This document shows, piece by piece, positions 57,969-64,000 of a stretch of 64,000 bases of DNA. The first letter of the stretch is position 1. The number at the start of each line of letters is the position of its first letter. A model generated the notes under the pieces. It did no database searches. It was given only the letters and a program-made list of their open reading frames with translations, and had not been told where the DNA came from. A program made the position numbers and the translations under genes. Location: the IMG/VR virus record IMGVR_UViG_2687453182_000005, one strand, 5' to 3'. Source of the DNA: an uncultured virus (IMG/VR IMGVR_UViG_2687453182_000005) (lineage: Duplodnaviria; Heunggongvirae; Uroviricota; Caudoviricetes).

Positions 57969-58061
57969 TACCTATGGGTATTTACTTTTAAATTACCTGT
58001 AGGTATATTTAATCACATCAAAGGCAAGCAACATGAAATACAGCCTAATGTTCTTTAACAA
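57969..58061 (+). promoter_or_regulatory. OL operators, pL and nutL boxA
   Basis: TACC-N4-GGTA at 57969-57980 and 57994-58005; GTTCTTTAACA at 58050. Confidence 0.75.
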
Positions 58062-58284
58062 TTTGGAAAGTCGAAACAGCATACCTGCCCTGTTTAGACC
58101 CTTACGCAAAAATGCGACGTATCACTAGGCACGATCTGGCTAGTGAGAATGTTACTACTGCACGAGAGTGATAACAGATAGGAATAGGCAACACTGGCAG
58201 ATGTTAGGTATGTAAGCGCAAGAATACTAATTATAGGTCATTCAATGAGTGACCTATGGTAAGTAAAAGAATAACGGAGGTTAT

Positions 58285-58596
58285 GTGGAAATTTACTATC
58301 AACCACCAAAGAAATTTAAAGGCAATCCAACACCAGTTAGCGTTAAGAAAGTTAACAGTAACTCATTCAAGGCTAGGCAATATGCTAGATATGCCTCTTT
58401 CAGAGCTAACAAACTGAAAGAAGAAGAAATTACTAAAGCTAACTCAGTGAAAGAGAAGAAAGAACGCCCTGTTCTCTCTCTCAAACCAACAAAGCATTAT
58501 CCAAGTGGAGATAACTGTTGCTTACCTAATGTAGCAGTATTTTCAGGAGTTAAAACAAAACAGCCGAGCAGTGAGTTCGGGGTTACGGCGAGATAA
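58285..58596 (+). CDS. N-like antiterminator
   Basis: First pL gene; basic ARM-like KARQYARYASFRA and CLPNVAVF. Confidence 0.65.
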   Translation: MEIYYQPPKKFKGNPTPVSVKKVNSNSFKARQYARYASFRANKLKEEEITKANSVKEKKERPVLSLKPTKHYPSGDNCCLPNVAVFSGVKTKQPSSEFGVTAR

Positions 58597-58611
58597 AATA
58601 GGAGAAGTAAG

Positions 58612-58764
58612 ATGAAATTTGAAGATTTACCAGTAAAAATTCAAGAGATTGCAAGCCAAACATTGGCATGTTTAATAACCAATAACAATCCAGATAAAGA
58701 GCAAGCAGAAGAACTTGCTCGCTCTGTGGCAGTGGCTTTTATAAAGCTATATCAAGACAATTAA
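58612..58764 (+). CDS. 50-aa helical-hairpin protein
   Basis: AGGAG SD; MKFEDLPVKIQEIASQTLACLI...AFIKLYQDN. Confidence 0.6.
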   Translation: MKFEDLPVKIQEIASQTLACLITNNNPDKEQAEELARSVAVAFIKLYQDN

Positions 58765-58946
58765 TTATCTTTAAGTTTTTTAAAGTAATTAGTAAAACTT
58801 TGGTGAGCAAATATGATCGACTCAACTGTTGATCTTGACGCCGCTCCATTAATCATGGCTGTTTTTTCAGCCTTAATCAATTCTATAACTAATTGCTGAG
58901 CCGCTAATTCAGGGTTTTCTTTTGGATCAATTACTACATCTGACAT
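58761..58946 (-). CDS. 61-aa counter-oriented moron protein
   Basis: AGGA SD, structured leader; shares a TTAA stop overlap with the convergent gene. Confidence 0.6.
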   Translation of the reverse strand: MSDVVIDPKENPELAAQQLVIELIKAEKTAMINGAASRSTVESIIFAHQSFTNYFKKLKDN

Positions 58947-59321
58947 AAAACATTCCTATATTGACTGTGGAATAACCAATATATCAATTTTCCTTGACTG
59001 TGGAAAGTAAGGAACCACCTCGCCTGACGTGGCTAAAAGCAGGCACAGTTAACTAATTACAGTCCATTCTGTGGGCTGTGGTGAGATAGCTTTTTTAGAC
59101 CAACAAACCAAAGGCGATAAATCGGTCTCGCCTAATAAAAAGCACCGTTTTGAAGCGGAGGATTTATGTAAGTGTTCAAATCTAAACTGAGAGAAAAATA
59201 AATATTATGCCGACCCTATTCATGGCTTGAATAGCGTTAGCCCATGACGATACATGGGCAACTAGCCAGAGTTCATTAATTAGCGGGCCATGGTGAGTTG
59301 ATTAATAGATAGGAGATAGAG

Positions 59322-59912
59322 ATGGAACCAAGGGATTATCGATTTTATAAAATTAGCAAAGAAGCTACCGAGCAAATCAAAAAAGAAACCGACGAAATCC
59401 AAGCTAAACGGCAGAAACTACTCAACGAAGCCATTGAAAGCGTTGGAGCTGAAGGCGTTAGTTTTAGCAATTCATGGGGTGAAAATGGTACGACAATTCG
59501 CGCATTTGCTTTTGCTGTAGATAAAGAATTTGATTTTGCAGTTAAAGAGATTCATCGAACCAGCGAATTAAGGGTTATTCGAGCCAAAGCCAATTCGAAG
59601 AAAGGTAAAGAGTTTAACGCCACATTAGACGCGGCGAAAGATGAACTCAATAAGAAACTAAAAGACTTACCATGCTTTAAAGATTACATCATCAATAAGT
59701 TTGATATTCAATGCTGCTCTATTAGCCAGCACGGTAGCGGTGCTGGAATGCGAATGCTAGAGACGATTGTCGGATACCCACAAACTGATAAAAGCTTTCT
59801 TATTTGCGCCATACCAAATCATGAGAGAGGTATGGATAAGCAACCAATCATTCCAGATTGCTTTGAAGAGATAACTTACGGCGTGTTTTACGATCTATCA
59901 AACAGCAAGTAG
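59322..59912 (+). CDS. Hypothetical pL-operon protein
   Basis: AGGAG SD; 196 aa. Confidence 0.6.
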   Translation: MEPRDYRFYKISKEATEQIKKETDEIQAKRQKLLNEAIESVGAEGVSFSNSWGENGTTIRAFAFAVDKEFDFAVKEIHRTSELRVIRAKANSKKGKEFNATLDAAKDELNKKLKDLPCFKDYIINKFDIQCCSISQHGSGAGMRMLETIVGYPQTDKSFLICAIPNHERGMDKQPIIPDCFEEITYGVFYDLSNSK

Positions 59913-60175
59913 CACCGTATTTAGTTAATAACGGAGGGAGTATGACATGCCAATGTTCAAAGTAACTTGCAAATGGAATGGTAAGCCTTGGGAAAAAGAT
60001 ATTGAAGCAGAAAATGAAAGTGATTGTGCCGAGCATGTTTATTTATGGGCAGTAATTGGAGCTAAAGCCAATATCACGGAATTAGACATCAAAGAAATAC
60101 CTCTGCAGTAACCCATCACTTAATCATTCATATCGCTATTAATAGTGAGGAATACGCACATAAGGAACATAGGAA

Positions 60176-60367
60176 ATGGCAAATGATAATAACGGCTGGA
60201 TTCGCTGTGATGATGAACTTCCGTTAGCAAGTAAACGAGTTCTTATCACAACAATATACGGAAATGTTGTTGAAGCGAGCCGAGTGAAGGGTAATAGATT
60301 TAATCGACTTGGACAAGAAGTGATAGCAACTCACTGGCAGGAATTACCAGAACCAGCAAAGCAGTAA
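60176..60367 (+). CDS. DUF551-like protein
   Basis: GWIRC.D.LP ... THWQ.LPEP. Confidence 0.7.
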   Translation: MANDNNGWIRCDDELPLASKRVLITTIYGNVVEASRVKGNRFNRLGQEVIATHWQELPEPAKQ

Positions 60368-60420
60368 CCCACCGCACCAACACCAGATAACCACCCTATC
60401 GCTCACCTAGCGAGGTAACA

Positions 60421-60597
60421 ATGAAAACTAACTATTACAGCGCTATGCGTGATTGCATGGCGGTGCGTATCACTACGCCTTTTCTACAACTAGCTCGTCA
60501 GGCGGCAAGGATAGCTGTATCGACTAATAACAAGGATGTTTGGCGGTTGGCGAGTCAACTACAGAAGATGGCTTACGGGAGGAAAGTATGTCACTGA
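60421..60597 (+). CDS. Kil-like cell-division inhibitor (58 aa)
   Basis: LQLARQAARIAVSTNNKDVWRLA resembles the lambda Kil pattern; position before the recombination genes. Confidence 0.5.
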   Translation: MKTNYYSAMRDCMAVRITTPFLQLARQAARIAVSTNNKDVWRLASQLQKMAYGRKVCH

Positions 60598-60863
60598 CTA
60601 TACGTTACACCTATGCAGATATGACCAGTAGAAACCGAAATAATGGCACGGAAATAGCCTTTCAGAATCTTAACGATGTCCGCATTGAAACAGAATCATT
60701 CAGGGAACTTACTCAGTATTACCAACCTGAGCCGTCAGAAGTCGTTGATTACATAATTAATCAGTATGACGCAAAGTCACTCGCAGCAGCTATTCATCTC
60801 TCAGGACGAGGGGAAGTAGTCGCAAAGATACTCAATGAGTTGTATTTCAGGAGGGTTGCGTGA
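60588..60863 (+). CDS. Hypothetical protein
   Basis: GGAGG SD; coupled ORF. Confidence 0.55.
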   Translation: MSLTIRYTYADMTSRNRNNGTEIAFQNLNDVRIETESFRELTQYYQPEPSEVVDYIINQYDAKSLAAAIHLSGRGEVVAKILNELYFRRVA

Positions 60864-61114
60864 TTACCAACACCTACGGACTCAGAAACGACTGGTACGA
60901 ACGCCAAATGGAACGAGAAGCGTTTGTTAATTCTCAGGAAGAGAAAATATCAGTTGATGAGGTTATGGATAGCCTACCAGAAGAACTACTGTGCATGGAT
61001 TTAGCAAGGAAGTTAAACCCAGTATTTGAAATTAGTCCCCAAGCACTGGATGCAGTTTTAGATGGAATTAGAACGGCTATTCAGATAGGGATAGATAAAG
61101 AGGTTTTAGGATGA
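60860..61114 (+). CDS. Hypothetical protein
   Basis: Coupled to recE. Confidence 0.55.
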   Translation: MITNTYGLRNDWYERQMEREAFVNSQEEKISVDEVMDSLPEELLCMDLARKLNPVFEISPQALDAVLDGIRTAIQIGIDKEVLG

Positions 61115-61929
61115 AACCCGGTATCTATTACGATATTTCAAATGAGGACTATCACCATGGATTAGGGATCAGTAAATCTCAGTTGGATTTAATAAGCGAA
61201 ATGCCAGCCGAATATATTTGGAGCAAGAAAGCCCCTGTTGATGAAGAAAAAATAAAGGCATTGGATTTCGGGACTGCTATCCATTGTCTTTTGTTAGAAC
61301 CAGATGAATACAGTAAGCGATACAAGATAGGCCCTGATGTAAATCGTAGAACAAACGCAGGGAAGCAAGAGGAAAAGGAATTTCTCGAAATGTGTGAAAA
61401 GGAAGGTATCACACCTATTACTTATGAAGATAACAGGAAGTTGATGCTCATGAGAGATAGTGCAATGGCGCACCCTATCGCAAGATGGTGCTTAGAAGCT
61501 AACGGAGTAGCTGAGAGTAGCATTTATTGGAATGATGAAGATACGGATATTCTTTGTCGTTGCAGACCAGATAAACTCATTCAAGATCACCATTGGATTG
61601 TTGATGTAAAAAGTTCCGCTGACATTCAACGATTTGACCGCTCCATGTACGAATATCGATATCACGTACAGGACTCTTTTTATTCTGATGGATATAAATC
61701 ATTAACAGGTGAACCTCCTGTATTTGTCTTTCTCGTTGTCAGCACGACTATCGACTGCGGTAGATACCCCGTTAGAGTTTTCAATTTAGACCAACAAGCA
61801 AAAGATATTGGTCGAACAACCTACAAACAAAATTTAAGAACGTATGCGGAATGCCTAAAAACGGATGAATGGGCAGGTATACGCACATTATCACTGCCCT
61901 ACTGGGCTAAGGAATTAAGGAATGAGTAA
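61111..61929 (+). CDS. recE: RecE-like exonuclease VIII (nuclease domain only)
   Basis: [30 protein letters not shown] and YRYHVQ..FY motifs. Confidence 0.9.
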   Translation: MKPGIYYDISNEDYHHGLGISKSQLDLISEMPAEYIWSKKAPVDEEKIKALDFGTAIHCLLLEPDEYSKRYKIGPDVNRRTNAGKQEEKEFLEMCEKEGITPITYEDNRKLMLMRDSAMAHPIARWCLEANGVAESSIYWNDEDTDILCRCRPDKLIQDHHWIVDVKSSADIQRFDRSMYEYRYHVQDSFYSDGYKSLTGEPPVFVFLVVSTTIDCGRYPVRVFNLDQQAKDIGRTTYKQNLRTYAECLKTDEWAGIRTLSLPYWAKELRNE

Positions 61930-62728
61930 CCCACCATTAGCTCAAGCTGACTTACAAAAAACACAAGGTACAGAGGTAAAGACCAAAACAAAGGATCAGC
62001 AACTAATTCACTTCATTAACCAGCCAAGCATGAAGGCGCAGTTAGCGGCCGCCCTTCCTCGCCACATGACACCAGATCGCATGATACGGATTGTGACAAC
62101 GGAGATTCGCAAAACTCCAGCACTTGCAAATTGCGACATGCAGAGTTTTATCGGTGCTGTTGTGCAGTGTTCACAGCTAGGATTAGAGCCCGGTAATGCC
62201 TTAGGTCATGCTTACCTACTCCCATTCGGCAATGGTAAAGCAAAGTCAGGTCAATCGAATGTGCAACTAATCATTGGCTACCGTGGAATGATTGATCTGG
62301 CTCGTCGCTCAAATCAAATAATCAGCATATCAGCCAGAACGGTAAGGCAAGGCGATAGCTTTCACTTTGAGTATGGACTGAATGAAAATTTAACGCACGT
62401 ACCGGGTGAAAATGAGGACTCACCAATTACACACGTTTACGCTGTCGCAAGGTTGAAAGATGGCGGTGTCCAGTTTGAAGTTATGACGCATAACCAAATT
62501 GAGAAAGTCAGAGCATCAAGTAAAGCAGGGCAAAATGGCCCTTGGGTTTCTCACTGGGAAGAAATGGCGAAGAAAACCGTTATCCGTCGCTTGTTTAAAT
62601 ATCTACCCGTCTCTATAGAAATGCAAAAAGCAGTCATTCTTGATGAAAAAGCAGAGGCTAATGTCGATCAGGAAAACGCCTCAGTATTTGAAGGCGAGTT
62701 TGAGGAGGTGGGTAGTAATGGCAATTAA
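61922..62728 (+). CDS. recT: RecT single-strand annealing protein
   Basis: [32 protein letters not shown] and [16 protein letters not shown] motifs. Confidence 0.95.
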   Translation: MSNPPLAQADLQKTQGTEVKTKTKDQQLIHFINQPSMKAQLAAALPRHMTPDRMIRIVTTEIRKTPALANCDMQSFIGAVVQCSQLGLEPGNALGHAYLLPFGNGKAKSGQSNVQLIIGYRGMIDLARRSNQIISISARTVRQGDSFHFEYGLNENLTHVPGENEDSPITHVYAVARLKDGGVQFEVMTHNQIEKVRASSKAGQNGPWVSHWEEMAKKTVIRRLFKYLPVSIEMQKAVILDEKAEANVDQENASVFEGEFEEVGSNGN

Positions 62729-63176
62729 CACAATAACAGTAAGCGGGAATTTAGGTAAAGATTGCGAACAGCGATGGACGCCAAATGGCAAGGCGATTGC
62801 ATCTTTTAGTTTGCCAGTGAAACAAGGTTACGGAGAACACGAAAAAGTATCTTGGGTTATCTGCAAGATGTTTGGTTCTAAAGCTGAAAAGCTACCTCCG
62901 CATCTAACCAAAGGAATAAAGGTTACAGTTACTGGTGAGTTCGTCATGGAAGAATGGACAAGCCAGAGTGGCGAGAAGAAATCAGCTCCAGTAATTGTCG
63001 TTAACCAATTGGATTTTGGCGGTAACGGTGGTAATCAGGCAGGAAGCCAGAAGCCACAGCAGAATCAAGGATGGGGCCAACCACAGCAACCGCAAGCACC
63101 AAAACAAGCATCGAGTAATCAAACACCACAAAGTGAGCCACCTCAAGATTGGGATGACCAAGAAATACCCTTCTAA
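62718..63176 (+). CDS. ssb: Single-stranded DNA-binding protein
   Basis: GNLG.D OB-fold, Q/P-rich linker, acidic DDQEIPF tail. Confidence 0.9.
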   Translation: MAINTITVSGNLGKDCEQRWTPNGKAIASFSLPVKQGYGEHEKVSWVICKMFGSKAEKLPPHLTKGIKVTVTGEFVMEEWTSQSGEKKSAPVIVVNQLDFGGNGGNQAGSQKPQQNQGWGQPQQPQAPKQASSNQTPQSEPPQDWDDQEIPF

Positions 63177-63208
63177 CCACCCTACCCGTTTAACCAAAGG
63201 ATATAACC

Positions 63209-63370
63209 ATGAACACACCTGAGAAATTGCAGGATTTTATTTATTATTTAACTAAAGACGCCGCCCGAAATTCATTTGAAGAATGGCGGGAAGATATTGG
63301 AATTAGTTATGAACAATACGCCGAAATAAAAGAATGGTTCAAGCAATTTGATATTAAGCCATACGTTTAA
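63209..63370 (+). CDS. Hypothetical protein (53 aa)
   Basis: AAGGA SD; MNTPEKLQDFIYYL... Confidence 0.5.
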   Translation: MNTPEKLQDFIYYLTKDAARNSFEEWREDIGISYEQYAEIKEWFKQFDIKPYV

Positions 63371-63409
63371 TTATAGGGCTCAGTGCAAGGATGCAAACAG
63401 GAGATAGAT

Positions 63410-63736
63410 ATGACAGATAAACTCAAAGAAGAGATTAACGCACTTCAACAAGAAGTAGCTAGAGGTCACGTATATGAGTGGGAGTTACACAGACTAAATT
63501 TATTACTTTTAGTGATTGAGCATTACCTTTCAGAAAATAATTCCAAAGAGGCTCACTTGTGGGCGCAAAGCATATTCCAGTGGATTGACTCAGAGTTTTA
63601 CGAAGAGATGAAAAGCAATACTGGAGATATTAACGCTTGGTTTAATAAACAAATGGAAGGCGCAGTAAGCACCGAGCGGGCGTTAAAAATAACTCGTGAG
63701 TTATATCCAGAAATTGAAAAGCTACGGACAGCTTAA
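63410..63736 (+). CDS. Hypothetical protein
   Basis: AGGAG SD. Confidence 0.55.
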   Translation: MTDKLKEEINALQQEVARGHVYEWELHRLNLLLLVIEHYLSENNSKEAHLWAQSIFQWIDSEFYEEMKSNTGDINAWFNKQMEGAVSTERALKITRELYPEIEKLRTA

Positions 63737-63771
63737 TTTAACTCGCAGGGATGCAATGAAGAGGAATGAAT

Positions 63772-63945
63772 ATGAGTAAGCAGATGGTTTTAGTTGCAAG
63801 AACAAACAAGGTTGGATCTGACTCTGAATGTGGTCTGGGTATTACTGAGGACGAATGGGATAAATTAACCGAAGAAGAACAATCAGGATATATCAATACT
63901 GCAATTGATAATCTTGTTGATTGGTATGTGAAGACAGAGGGATAA
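63772..63945 (+). CDS. Hypothetical protein (57 aa)
   Basis: GAGGA SD; RTNKVGS.SE..LGI.ED.W motif. Confidence 0.5.
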   Translation: MSKQMVLVARTNKVGSDSECGLGITEDEWDKLTEEEQSGYINTAIDNLVDWYVKTEG

Positions 63946-64000
63946 GGTGGAGTAATGGATAAATCAATACCAGATTTAGCAGCTGAGTTTCATTGTCTGC

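Larger units (their letters stand above)
16567..64000. mobile_element. Lambdoid siphovirus prophage (continues past the window end)
   Basis: Canonical lambdoid gene order from tail to the pL operon; integrase not in the window. Confidence 0.95.

Overview
AT-rich enterobacterial chromosome segment; gene content suggests Proteus/Morganellaceae (inference). Three blocks. (1) 284-14712: a head-less contractile-tail gene cluster (tail fibre, baseplate, spike, tape measure, tube, sheath, holin/endolysin/spanins) controlled by its own S24-type repressor and Q antiterminator, most likely an R-type tailocin. An OrtT/GhoT-like gene (1-180) lies at its left edge. (2) 14812-16611: a TrpRS-II-type trpS with an unannotated Trp-Trp leader peptide and alternative hairpins, tRNA-Thr(UGU), tRNA-Ser(UGA), and a 3'-half tRNA-Thr att site. 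(3) 16567 to the window end: a lambdoid siphovirus prophage (tail, head, lysis, Q, nin, O/DnaB, cII-cro-cI, N, Kil, RecE/RecT/SSB; the integrase end lies beyond the window) with many morons. Most notable: a 35-nt element repeated 22 kb apart that can fold as a pseudoknot just before the RBS of two counter-oriented IraP/YecF-like micro-genes. Each faces a convergent lytic-strand micro-gene, and a third cassette of the same design sits in the pL operon. Also seen: clusters of short palindromes, a LexA-boxed DUF2335 moron, a phage holE, three probable -1 frameshift sites, and head-gene frameshifts that look like homopolymer sequencing errors. Family names come from recalled motifs and gene order, not from database searches.
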